From positions 1,486,847 through 1,550,846 of the forward strand of contig JAAOMT010000436.1 of NCBI GenBank assembly GCA_016748015.1: a stretch of 64,000 bases of DNA, written 5' to 3'. The notes beneath the pieces are model-generated. The model did not search any database. It was not told the DNA's origin and saw nothing but the letters and a program-made list of their open reading frames with translations. This document shows, in pieces, positions 40,668 through 53,000 of this stretch. This stretch comes from Geosiphon pyriformis uo1 (taxonomy: Eukaryota; Fungi; Glomeromycota). Both the position numbers and the translations under genes were made by a program. Position 1 is the first letter of the stretch; each line of letters begins with the position of its first letter.

Positions 40668-41110
40668 TTGTATAAAAAAATTGATATTTACTTTTATTAT
40701 TAATAAATGTGTAATAATATATATGTTTTTAAATATATATATATATATATTAAAAATTTTATATGCAAATAATAAATAAATAAAATGAATTAAAGGTTTT
40801 TTCATATAGTTTCAAAGTTCTTAAATTAAAATAATTAATTCTTGTTCTCATCTTAATTTTTTGTTTCTTGGTATATTTTAAAAAATAAAAAATAAAATAG
40901 CTTGAATTACTAATTTTAAAGTAAGAGCTCAATTGACAACAAAAATAAATACAGCTCTCTAAACTCAACAATTCAGATACTAAATTTAAAAAAAAATTCA
41001 AAATTCATGACTGTAAAAGTTTGTACCAAAAAAAAAAACAACATGAAATTTTTTTTTAAAATACCAAAAAATTTTTCCCCAAAATTTGGTCATAGAAATA
41101 TCTTTGTTTA
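40668..41110. repeat. Non-coding block duplicated in inverted orientation at 48641-49086
   Basis: Near-identical reverse complement; the same spurious ORF translation appears at both sites. It lies upstream of MYB copies 1 and 4. Confidence 0.92.
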
Positions 41111-41124
41111 AGTTTATTCAAATA

Positions 41125-41870
41125 GATTTCTTAAGCAAGTTTTTATTATTGCTTTAGTCTTAATTCATGCTAATCTGACCAAGTCATATACTGTCAAAAC
41201 TAATAATTCAAATTTTGTTTTGAAAGTATTTTTATTACAATTCGAATCTAATTACCTATACTATATTGATTTTTATTTATGAAAGTTTTCTGTCCAAGAA
41301 ATTAATTATAAAATTTATGACAAAGAATTATTACTGCTTTTGAACAATAACATTACTATTTTTTGCATTTATAAAAATTTTCAATATTTTATGACAACTA
41401 CAACTTTTAACTAGTATAAAGCTTAGTGATTAATTTTTATAGCTGATTTTAATTTTGTAACATTTTATTATTCCAGTTTGCTACAGAATAAATTCTGAAT
41501 ATTACGAAAAAGCATTAGTCTTAAACCTAAAGAGAGAAATGATACTTATAACACAACAATAAACTATCTTACTTAAGTCTAAACATTTTAAGATTGCTGC
41601 CATCTTTTTTTTATGCTTAAACCAAAATCTATTAGCTATGAAATTTAAATATATAGATTATTTCCTGCTTTATAACAATTTCATTTATGTTACAAAAGCT
41701 CCGAAATGTTTTCAAGTTCAAAAAGAAAGCCATGATAACCCACTTGCTGGTTATTTTGAAATTAGTAAGACCTTCAAACTTATTCTTAGAAATTACTAGC
41801 AACCACAGCAAGAAAAGTTTGTTAAAGATTAAATTAAATCCTGCAATATTTGTATATCTAACATGATAGA
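41125..41870 (+). pseudogene. Decayed Ty3/Gypsy (Tf2-like) pol fragment: RNase H and integrase zinc-binding region
   Basis: Reads LIHANLTKSYTVKTNNSNF, EINYKIYDKELL, and ESHDNPLAGYFEISKTFKLILRNY...FVKD*IKSCNIC (HHCC-type). Confidence 0.8.
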
Positions 41871-42698
41871 CCAACTTTTCTTAGGAAGCGTCCAAAAGTT
41901 TTATTTAGATAAATCAAATCAAAAGAAATGAATCGGATTTAGATGCTTAAACACTACATTACATAATTTTGAGTTTTTAGACTATTTTTATTATTATTCA
42001 ATATTTGTTTATACTATGAAGTATTTAAAATAAATATTCGTCCCTTTGTTTTCAAAAGAAATTAATAGTAGTAAAAACATAAACGAATTTCACTTATAAT
42101 TCATTAATATTGACATAACAAAAGAAATATTGGGTTATGATACTCAAAATAATTTTTTAGACAAGCGGGTATTTTTTTGAATATATCAAATACTTTACAA
42201 AACATTAATTCATTTTAAATCAGATTTAATCGGACTAGATATAAAACAATTGAAAAAATATCCTGTTTTAGGGAATTAGTACAGGATGCTAAGTATTAGG
42301 GCTCTGGAAATGAATTTCCATACGAGTATAAAAATTCCCAGGAAATAATAAATTTAGTTTATGAGGCCTTTTTTAAAAAATCAGATCAAATATTTAATCC
42401 ACACGACTAATAATTGATCATATGAACAGTTTTCTTTAATAATTTCCTTTTATTTATATTATTTTGACTAGTTGCTTTCGACCACTAAATTGTATAAAGT
42501 GGTTAAAATTATTTATAATATCAACTCTTTGATCCTATTCTGAATTTATAATTTTTATGGTGCTCTCAATCGCAATAAATATATTTGTTAACAAAAGCAA
42601 ATATAAAAAAGTAAAGCGTTGTATTCTTTGGAAATTTCATAATAAAATAACTTAATGAATTATTTTCCAAATAAAGTGGTTGGAGTTTTGTTTTAAGT

Positions 42699-43598
42699 TT
42701 AAATTAGCCGGTCAAGATGTTTTTTATAACATTGTCGTGGACTTCTCGTATTTACCGCTTTTGAAATTTCTACCCAATTTTCCCCATATTTTCCAGATGC
42801 TTCTTTTAAATTTTTTATCTCTACTGAGTTCCATTTCCCCTTATTATAATAGTTTTGAACTTTTGGTGAGTAACGACAATGAACTTTTATCTGCCGTAAG
42901 GATCTTCCCGGAATTAATAGCTGTATTTGTTCCCAATTCTCACCATGATTTTGAAAAGCTTTAGCTAATTCATTAATTTCTTCCCCAGTCCATCGGCCCC
43001 TTTTGATCCCAAGCGCCAAGAATTCTTCATAGTGTCTGCAAATCACACTAGGCGGTCTTTGAAGAATACGACTTATATTTGCCCATTTTTTACCATGACT
43101 CTGCACCAAGCCTAAAAGTTTTTCATCTTCTTGCTTGTTCCATGGGCCGCGTTTTGGTTGTGCTAAAACATTATTATATCGTCGACATAAATCTTCATTA
43201 CTTCTTCCAGGGAAATGGCCAGTGGATAAAATACCTTTCCAATCAATTTTATTGTTTTTTTTATAGCTTTTAGCAGCTGAGTACAATTCTTTATCTTCTT
43301 CTGGTTTCCACTTCTTTGCGTTTAGGTTCACATTATTATTAATTTCTAATAGACTAGCTGTTAAACGTTGCCATTTACACTTAAGAGCCTCTACTGTTCT
43401 TAATGGAAAGTGTTTTTGCAAAATTATTTCCCATTTTGAACCATACTCTTCGTGCTCCTCAAATAGGGCTTTAATTTCTTCAAGGCTCCACTTCTGAGAA
43501 TATTGTGGGCAAGAAATATTTTTATCACTTAATAAAGGATTTTTTGTATTTCTAAGTGTTCGATTCATTAATGATAGATTATTCCTGGGAAGTGCTAA
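42699..43598 (-). CDS. Five-repeat MYB-domain protein, copy 2 (exon 2 open; exon 1 predicted in the N gap)
   Basis: Five Trp-anchored repeats (KWSLEE, KWKPEED, GPWNKQED, GRWTGEE, GKWNSVE). Acceptor TATCAG lies 30 nt upstream of the MNRTL ATG; the intron matches that of copy 5. Confidence 0.9.
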   Translation of the reverse strand, partial: LALPRNNLSLMNRTLRNTKNPLLSDKNISCPQYSQKWSLEEIKALFEEHEEYGSKWEIILQKHFPLRTVEALKCKWQRLTASLLEINNNVNLNAKKWKPEEDKELYSAAKSYKKNNKIDWKGILSTGHFPGRSNEDLCRRYNNVLAQPKRGPWNKQEDEKLLGLVQSHGKKWANISRILQRPPSVICRHYEEFLALGIKRGRWTGEEINELAKAFQNHGENWEQIQLLIPGRSLRQIKVHCRYSPKVQNYYNKGKWNSVEIKNLKEASGKYGENWVEISKAVNTRSPRQCYKKHLDRLI

Positions 43599-45055
43599 CT
43601 GATAGTAAAAATTAAATTAGTTGATGAAAAATTTTCTCTTCTGAAAACGGAATTTGTGATAGCCTACCTNNNNNNNNNNNNNNNNNNNNNNNNNNNNNNN
43701 NNNNNNNNNNNNNNNNNNNNNNNNNNNNNNNNNNNNNNNNNNNNNNNNNNNNNNNNNNNNNNNNNNNNNNNNNNNNNNNNNNNNNNNNNNNNNNNNNNNN
43801 NNNNNNNNNNNNNNNNNNNNNNNNNNNNNNNNNNNNNNNNNNNNNNNNNNNNNNNNNNNNNNNNNNNNNNNNNNNNNNNNNNNNNNNNNNNNNNNNNNNN
43901 NNNNNNNNNNNNNNNNNNNNNNNNNNNNNNNNNNNNNNNNNNNNNNNNNNNNNNNNNNNNNNNNNNNNNNNNNNNNNNNNNNNNNNNNNNNNNNNNNNNN
44001 NNNNNNNNNNNNNNNNNNNNNNNNNNNNNNNNNNNNNNNNNNNNNNNNNNNNNNNNNNNNNNNNNNNNNNNNNNNNNNNNNNNNNNNNNNNNNNNNNNNN
44101 NNNNNNNNNNNNNNNNNNNNNNNNNNNNNNNNNNNNNNNNNNNNNNNNNNNNNNNNNNNNNCTGCCAGTTTTTTCTCTTCTGGTAGTGACTTAATTTAAA
44201 GAGGCTTCATGATTAATGCATATAAGTATAATTTAATTGAGTAAAGTACACGCCAAATCATAGTAATATATGTAGATAAATAATAAGTACTTCATCTAGT
44301 TTATAAATTTATGCTAAAAATTACCCAGCTTTTAAGAGTCTTGGTGGAAAACTTTTTTGGATTGCATAATTTTTAAGCACAAATCCAGGAGATTTTTTTA
44401 ATCAAGATACCTTAATACTAATACTATAATATATATATAAACTAATCTGTAGTATTGCCTCGTTCTGCATTTATATAAGCTTGAAATATGGGCAAATGTA
44501 CTATGAATATTAGTAAGTATCTCCTCTGGAAGATTTCAGAGCATAAAATTAGAGAAAAAGCAAAAGGAATTTTGGCAAAAAAAAACTGTCTCTCGAAGTC
44601 TTTATTGAAATATTAAAAAACCAGCCCAAATATTCTCAATAGGGACTATGTGATGGCCACAATAGAATAAGACACAGAAATCTTTACTTGGAGGTCATCA
44701 CGCACATTATAAGTGGAAGTAGCATTTTTGGGCAGAATGGCAATTCTGCCAAGCCTTTAGAGCTTTTCTCAGACAACTTATTTGCCAACTTCGAACTCTG
44801 AATGCATTTCTTTGAGCGCTTTCGGCTGCTATAACGAAATGATTTCCGTACACGATTTTGCCGATCTGCCGACATTTACCCAGTAGGTTCATTAAAAAAA
44901 ATTGTTAACTAAAAAAGTGTTCAAAATGGTTTTTTAATATTAATGACAATTGAACCAATCATCTCTAAATAGTAACGTGACCTAATATATAAGCTATAAA
45001 TAAAGATTATATTACCAATTTTCTTACTTTCTCATGTTGATTATGTTATAAAATT

Positions 45056-46030
45056 ATGCTAAAATCGCAAGCCACAAATACAATATGTTTCACTCTTTAC
45101 ATATGGTCAACTTTATGGAGACTAAAAGTAAGTAGGCCCCACAAATTCGATAAAAATCTTGTGTAAAAGAAAAACTATACTAATTTTAGATCCCCTAATT
45201 CATTTTGCTATCAGCTAGCAATTCCCTCGAGCAGCCCATCATCAATGAATCGAATCCTAGGAAATAATAAAAGCGCTATATTAAGTGATAAAAAAATTTC
45301 CTGCCAGAAACATTGTCGAAAATGGAGCTTTGAAGAAATGAGAGTCCTTTTTGAAGCACAACAAGCATATGGTTCGAAATGGGAATTAATTTCACAAAAA
45401 TATTTTTCATCAAGAACAGCAAATTCCCTTCGGTGTAAATGGTATCACTTAACAGCTAATGGAGCAATTATTAATCGAAAATTTGTCCGAAAATTAAAAA
45501 AGTGGACACCTGAAGAAGATAAAGAGCTATGCTTAGCTGCCAAAAAACATTTAAATAATGGAAAAGTTGAATGGAAAACTATTTTATCAAGTGGACATTT
45601 TCCTGGAAGAAGTAATGGAGATTTATGTGTTCGGTATAACAGTGTTTTAGTGTACCCAAAACGCGGCCCATGGACCAAGCAAGAAGATGAAAAACTTTTA
45701 AGCTTAGTGCAGAGTCATGGAAAAAAATGGGTAAAAATAAGTCATATTCTTCAAAGACCATCTGCTGCGATCCGCAGATATTATGAAGAATACTTGGCGC
45801 CTGGAATTAAAAGGGGCCGATTGAAAGATGAAGATTTTAATAAATTGGCTAAAGCCTTGTCAACTCATGGTGAGAATTGAGCACAAATACCAGCTATTAA
45901 TTCTAGGAAGAACCTTAAAACAGATAAAATACCTTTGTCGTCACTCACCAAAATTTAAAATATAGTAGAGAATAGAAATATAAGCTTTTAAAAGATATGT
46001 GTAAAACCACAGAGGCGGTAAATAGTATTT
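45056..46030 (+). pseudogene. MYB gene copy 3 (truncated in repeat 4)
   Basis: Exon 1 45056-45127, intron 45128-45214 (GTAAGT...TATCAG), exon 2 open to TGA 45878-45880 (TGG in paralogues), then a +1 frameshift and partly deleted repeat 5. Confidence 0.85.
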
Positions 46031-47199
46031 TAAAAAAATTTAATAGATGAAAAGGTTAAAATGTTTAAGTGCAAAAGTTTATAACAGAAATTATCTCCTA
46101 GGCTCTTAGCTAGTTAAATATAACTCTTTACTTTTATGAGGGAAATAATTTATTTTTCCTTTTTCTAGATTTTCCAATAAAGTTATTAAAACTTATTTGA
46201 GTTAATGTATTAAAGATTTTATATTTATATAAAAATATTTTCAAGAAAAATACTTTTAGCTCAATTTGGGATCATATTTCTCTGACCTTTTTTGAAAAAC
46301 TGAAATTTTTTGGTTGAATTTTCATTTGGGTTTCTGATACCTTTTCATTGTCATCTGGGTAGCCCTTAGCCACCGGCCTGGTGCGCAGGCCATCTGAGGA
46401 ATGAATTACTAATCCACTATCTCTGGGAGCATCTAAGCTGATTCTTGTTGAAATCAGAGTTAATGCCACAAAGTAAAGGAAAGGTGAATTATGCCTATGA
46501 GCTCAAATTTAAAAGGAAGTTTCTTCATTTTTCGCACATAAATCTCTACTCAAAGAAGATTTAAAATGCCCAAGAAAAAATTTCATCCGAAAAATTTTGT
46601 AAATATTTGAAGTAAAAGCAAGTCTCTTTTATATAAAATTTGTATTGAAAATTCTAAAAGACTTCAGATATAAATTATGGGTTTTTAAAAGTTTCCAAGC
46701 TATAAATGTAACTTTTTTGTACTCAATTCATATGAAAGTCCTTTAAAAGTATTTATTTTTTACATCAAATGCTTTATAAATTTGCAAATTGCTATTCATT
46801 AAATCAATTTAAGGCTAAGAAAAGAAAAGTTCCACTAGTGAAAGCTTACCTTTATTATTATTATTATTATCATATTTTTCCAAGTGTCAAAAAATGTATA
46901 AAGATGAGTGTCAGTGAATTTTTAGGGATTCAGAGTACTTCTTTTGACACATTTTCTATTGTGGATAAATAATTTTAAGACTTTAAAATATAAATCATCA
47001 AAGTATGAATTTTTATTAAAAATGAAACCGCAAATTAATAGTTGAAAAAAAATGAAAGAAAGATCTATATTATAGTTTTGTCATATAACTTGGCTAAATA
47101 TTTTCTTGAAATTCTTTTGTCTTGAAATTTTTGAAAAATATAAATTTCTTTCATTTCACTTCACTTCACCTTATTTAATCCAAATAAATTGTTCCAATC

Positions 47200-48382
47200 T
47201 TAAAAATAAATTCCTAGATGTTTGGTACGAGTTTAATACCTTTTTCTTTTTTAAATAGATTATCAATATTTTCGACTTCAAACAGTTTAAGAATCCTTCC
47301 AATAGCAACTGTTTTAAATTTAGGTATTAAAGTTTTTTCAAGCTAAATATTTTCAATTATCAATAAATCAAATCTACCTGATCATACACGTGAATAAATT
47401 ATTCCTAAACTGTATATATGATCCATAAAGACCAACAATCTTATGCAAAATTTGTTACAAAAACTAATTCCATGTACCCGTTCTTTATCATAGCTAACAT
47501 TAAATGATAAAACTTCTTCATCAGCTTGAAATGTAAAATATATTGGCCAAATATGCCATATGTCACAGATCTGAAATTGGGACATGTTAAAGGTCAAATA
47601 ACTAATTTTATCACTAAAAAACGAAGATATAGTCTTAAAATGAGATTCCAATTGCTTTTTCTGGTTTGGTGAGTTCACTTCAAAGATTCCCAAGTCTTTG
47701 ATTAAAGTAAACTTCAAATGGTTCACATCCCATTCCACCTACTGCCCCGGAGCGTTGAAACTTTGTTGAAACAGCATAACTCTCAGAATTATCACCACTC
47801 GTTTCGATTTCTGGAACTTGATCATCTGAATCGATCAAAGTCCACTCTAGTTTTTTATCTCTTTTCAACTTGACAGTATTGTTGGTGAAGTTTGAAGCAA
47901 ATATTTATATAAAATTCCGTCAATTTTTTTTGTCCAGAAAACCATCCAAAATTTTAATATATTATCATTTCAATTTGAGTATGTAAAGATAATTCTAGGT
48001 TCTGGCAATAAAAGAATCAAGCAATTAAACATAAGCTAAAACGTTGAAATATGTTTGTAAATTACCTTGAATGTAGCATCAATCCCTTTGTAGTGCCATA
48101 AGAAAAATAATGAAATACAACCCAACACTATAAGCCAATTTAAGGATTTTTCTGTTTGCTAATCACCAAGAAAAGCTTATTGACAGAGGTAGAGGGTCGA
48201 GAATTCTCATTATAGAAAATGTCAAAATTTCTCAACAATCCAAAAGACATCCTGTATATGTACCAAACTCTTGTCAATGATATCGCTGGTATTCTAATCA
48301 GATCCTGACTTACTGATTCCTGACCTCGAGATTTTTCATTCAGATCATTCCCATCATCTACATTGGAGTGTGATAGGCTCAT
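47200..48382 (-). pseudogene. Disrupted gene of unknown family
   Basis: Chain of same-strand ORF fragments (48140..48382, 47680..47868, 47382..47738), a plausible GT..AG intron near 48064-48001, CpG retained, several stops and frameshifts. Confidence 0.4.
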
Positions 48383-49297
48383 GAAAATTATAAAGAATGC
48401 ACGGTTAATATTATAGATTAAATTTAGTTATTAAACTGAACTAAATGTTTGCTTTTGTCTGACACTCGCATAAAATATTTTATATTAAACAGCTTTCGTT
48501 CCAATACAAAAATTATGGCACTCCACAATTAACGTGTACACTCTAAAAGAAAGAAGTATGCAGAGAAAGAGATATTCTTGCCAGAGGCCGTATAGTGGAG
48601 TTCTAATCATCTAAAAAACTTAAAACCAAGATGTGAGGGATAAACAAAGATATTTCTATGACCAAATTTTGGGGAAAAATTTTTTGGTATTTTAAAAAAA
48701 AAATTTCAAGTTGTCTTTTTTTTTTGGTACAAACTTTTTCAGTCATAAATTTTGAATTTTTTTTTTAAATTTAGTATCTGAATTGTTGAGTTTAGAGAGC
48801 TGTATTTATTTTTGTTGTCAATTGAGCTCTTACTTTAAAATTAGTAATTCAAGCTATTTTATTTTTTATTTTTTAAAATATACCAAGAAACAAAAAATTA
48901 AGATGAGAACAAGAATTAATTATTTTAATTTAAGAACTTTGAAACTATATGAAAAAACCTTTAATTCATTTTATTTATTTATTATTTGCATATAAAATTT
49001 TTAATATATATATATATATGTTTTTAAACATATATATTATTACACATTTATTAATAATAAAAGTAAATATCAATTTTTTTATACAANNNNNNNNNNNNNN
49101 NNNNNNNNNNNNNNNNNNNNNNNNNNNNNNNNNNNNNNNNNNNNNNNNNNNNNNNNNNNNNNNNNNNNNNNNNNNNNNNNNNNNNNNNNNNNNNNNNNNN
49201 NNNNNNNNNNNNNNNNNNNNNNNNNNNNNNNNNNNNNNNNNNNNNNNNNNNNNNNNNNNNNNNNNNNNNNNNNNNNNNNNNNNNNNNNNNNNNNNNN

Positions 49298-49941
49298 TAA
49301 AAAAGTGGACACCTGAAGAAGATAAAGAGCTATGCTTAGCTGCCAAAAAACATTTAAATAATGGAAAAGTTGAATGGAAAACTATTTTATCAAGTGGACA
49401 TTTTCCTGGAAGAAGTAATGGAGATTTATGTGTTCGGTATAACAGTGTTTTAGTGTACCCAAAACGCGGCCCATGGACCAAGCAAGAAGATGAAAAACTT
49501 TTAAGCTTAGTGCAGAGTCATGGAAAAAAATGGGTAAAAATAAGTCATATTCTTCAAAGACCATCTGCTGCGATCCGCAGATATTATGAAGAATACTTGG
49601 CGCCTGGGATCAAAAGGGGTCGATGGACCGAGGAAGAATTTAATGAATTAGCTAAAGCTTTTAAAAATTATGGTGAGAATTGGGAACAAATACAGCTATT
49701 AATTCCGGGAAGATCCTTACGGCAGATAAAAGTTCATTGTCGTTACTCACCAAAAGTTCAAAACTATTATAATAAGGGGAAATGGAACTCAGTAGAGATA
49801 AAAAATTTAAAAGAAGCATTTGGAAAATATGGGAAAAATTGGGTAAAAGTCTCAGAGGCGGTAGATACAAGAGGTTTAGAACAATGTCGCAGGAAGATGC
49901 TATCGTTGAGGGAAAGTCTCGTCAATAGGATTTGCATTTAA
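49298..49941 (+). CDS. MYB protein copy 4 (repeats 2-5; 5' part in N gap)
   Basis: Open frame KKWTPEED...TRGLEQCRRKMLSLRESLVNRICI*. Matches copy 3 through repeat 3, then matches copies 1, 2 and 5. Confidence 0.85.
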
Positions 49942-50532
49942 ACATCACTTTCAATTTTTGACACCTTACTTTATTTTATGATCTGTGAATTTAATTTAAT
50001 CATCCTTAAATTTAAGTTTTTCTTATGTCTTAATTGTTTTTTAGTCTATTTAGATTTAAGAAGAATTTTGTTCCACGCATAGAAAATTTAGCTTTCTATA
50101 ATTTAGAATATAATTTAGATAATAAGCTATGAATTATTCAGATTTAAAATAGTTCACTTAAACAAAACTACTCAAATCTTATTGAGATGAATAATTTACA
50201 TATTCAAAGCTTTTTAAAATTAAGATTTTTCCAAGAGTTTTAAGTAGGAATAGTTTGATGAATTTCATCAATATCATTGCTTTAGATTTTTGAAAAAGCT
50301 TTCATATATTTAATATTTTTAGAAATAATTTGTAAGGGTTGAATAAAATTATTTACTCGTTACTGAAACTGGTTAACTAAACTTAGTTACCAATTTTACA
50401 CCCCTAATTTATATTAAAAAGCTTTATATTTTAGAGCTTCTAGTTAGTAATAGGATATGAAAACATCAAGGTAGAGATAAACGATATTAATTTTGAATTT
50501 TTTTTATTTTCGGAAAAATATATACAAACTAG

Positions 50533-51237
50533 ATATTAAATTCTAATTACAAATTTGTATAAAAATTCTAATTTAATAAATAAGATAATATCTATTAAAA
50601 TAGACCATAACACTTAATTTTTGTTATCGTCTTTTTTAAAAAAATTTGTAATTAGAATTAAGAGAGATCTAAAATATTAAGTATTTAGAAAAATTATTAA
50701 AAGGATGAATTTTACAATCATTTTAATTAAAACTTATACCTCTTTTTAAATAGGTATTTATGGTAGATTAGTTTCGATTATTATCAAGTAAAAAANNNNN
50801 NNNNNNNNNNNNNNNNNNNNNNNNNNNNNNNNNNNNNNNNNNNNNNNNNNNNNNNNNNNNNNNNNNNNNNNNNNNNNNNNNNNNNNNNNNNNNNNNNNNN
50901 NNNNNNNNNNNNNNNNNNNNNNNNNNNNNNNNNNNNNNNNNNNNNNNNNNNNNNNNNNNNNNNNNNNNNNNNNNATATTAAATTCTAATTACAAATTTGT
51001 ATAAAAATTCTAATTTAATAAATAAGATAATATCTATTAAAATAGACCATAACACTTAATTTTTGTTATCGTCTTTTTTAAAAAAATTTGTAATTAGAAT
51101 TAAGAGAGATCTAAAATATTAAGTATTTAGAAAAATTATTAAAAGGATGAATTTTACAATCATTTTAATTAAAACTTATACCTCTTTTTAAATAGGTATT
51201 TATGGTAGATTAGTTTCGATTATTATCAAGTAAAAAA
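50533..51237. other. ~263-bp direct duplication on both sides of an N gap (probable unmerged contig overlap)
   Basis: 50533-50795 is repeated at 50975-51237, exactly flanking the gap. Confidence 0.8.
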
Positions 51238-51811
51238 AAAATTTCATTTAAATTCGGTATTCTTAGTCTGTCCTTGAAAATTTCTATTTAAAATTCAAAT
51301 AAAATCTTATAGATATTTTCACAATTATATATTTATAATAAAAACCTTTTTTTTTAATAATGTCAATTGCACCATTTTAATTAAATTAAATTAAATTAAA
51401 AAGTACCAGTGATTAAAGTTTAAAAAATTTCGAGTTATAATTATTTCACAAAAAAACCTTGTTTAAAAATTCTTAAAGAAACACTTACTAATTATTAGAA
51501 TTAAATAGTTTTAATAAAAGTTTGAAGAATTATAATTTATTTAAAAAACTTGAGCTTTATTTAAATTTTTCATTTTAGAGTAACTCTCAACTTGTCGAGA
51601 ATCGCATTTAAATTCACTACTTTCTAAATATGATATAATGTAGAAATGCGTCACATAAAATTAGTACGATTCCTTAAAATCATAAAGAATTTTAAAAATT
51701 AAAATAATGATAACGACCTTAAAATTGCACCTGCGCGATTATTATAATAGTAAAAGACATTCATCTTTGTTTAATTAAAGAGTCACTTGAAAATTCGAAT
51801 TGTATACATAA

Positions 51812-52690
51812 ATGGTTCGCCAAAAATATTTTACTAAAAACGGATGTTATATGGTAAAAATTCTCAAGAAAATTGTTTTGAAAGATTAGAATTAATAAAA
51901 AATATTAATCATTTAAAATGAAGTCATAATGCGAAATTTATTGTTGATAAACATTCTAAACGTTGAATTCTCTGGAAATAAAAAAATGCAGCAATAAGAA
52001 AGATATCAAAACATTTGCTTACTGCCAAAACTTTCATCTCAAATCCAAATTCTCATGTTCACTAATACTTTGATAAATATATTTATTAAATCTTGTATAA
52101 TGCGTAAGAATCCAATGATTAATAAAGTAAACCGAATCAAAAGGTTAAATTGGCCTGAAACCTACAAGCATTGGGACCAAAGAGGAGTAGAGACATGTTC
52201 TTTGGACAGACGAATCGCCTATAAGTAGTCAATAAATTAAAGATTTGTCTCTAATTGAATAGCAGTAAAGACTGCCTCTTTCTATTCTTGGCTTTCGGCT
52301 CTGGTAAATCCAATTTTTAACTTCCCTCCACATATTTTATATTGAACTAAAATCTGACGGTTGTGGAGGCAATTCCAAAGTCACAATTCCATGATTATCT
52401 TCGAGTTCTTTCACGAGCTTGTACTTGTGAATTGGAGGGTTATATTTTAGAAATATTGCTTTTTTAGCGGTTATAATCATTAGATAAACTATATCCAATA
52501 TAAGGCTTCTATATGCTTCACCAGTCATATGTGAGGGTACGAAACAATTTATTCAAATCTTGTCTGCTAATACATCCCCAATGACATGATAGATTTGCGT
52601 CCACTTTTAATGGTTATTCGTGTATGATCAGAGTTGTAAAGCTCATTTTATGACACCATGTACAAATTTTCATACGATGCTAAAATATGT
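51812..52690. pseudogene. Tc1-family transposase remnant with internal inversion
   Basis: Plus strand: KSCIMRKNPMINKVNRIKRLNW...RHVLWTDESP (to ~52220). Minus strand 52690-52250: TIKSGRKSIMS..GCIS, NPPIHK, LELPPQPSDFSSI*NMWREVK. Confidence 0.82.
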
Positions 52691-53000
52691 TAAAATTATA
52701 AAAAGAAAGGGTTATGTGATCCATTGGTAGATGTTTGTTTTCAATAATAAAATTATGGTGAAAATTTCACTTTTATTACATGTATTATATTAAATGTATT
52801 ATCAATGGCATGTATTAAGTCTGTTCAAATCAGTTGATTTATTAATTTTATTACCTGTGAAAATTATCAATCGCATCTAAACAATGGAGTGATAAAAAGA
52901 TGATCAGCCTCATGGGTGGATATAAATAGAAACATGTAGTAGAAAAAAAATATTATTTCTAATTTTCTTACTTTCCCATGTTATTTATCTCATTAAAATC

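Noticed and set aside
40759-41001. Hydrophobic small ORF duplicated at 48783..48995
   Set aside because: Low-complexity AT-rich sequence with a TTG start; it recurs only because the block is duplicated.
41884-41902. GCGTCCAAAAGTTT resembling the Tc1 TIR at 63761
   Set aside because: Short partial match with no TA-CAG terminus or partner.
50533-51237. Biological tandem duplication
   Set aside because: Identical copies exactly flank an N gap, typical of an unmerged contig overlap.
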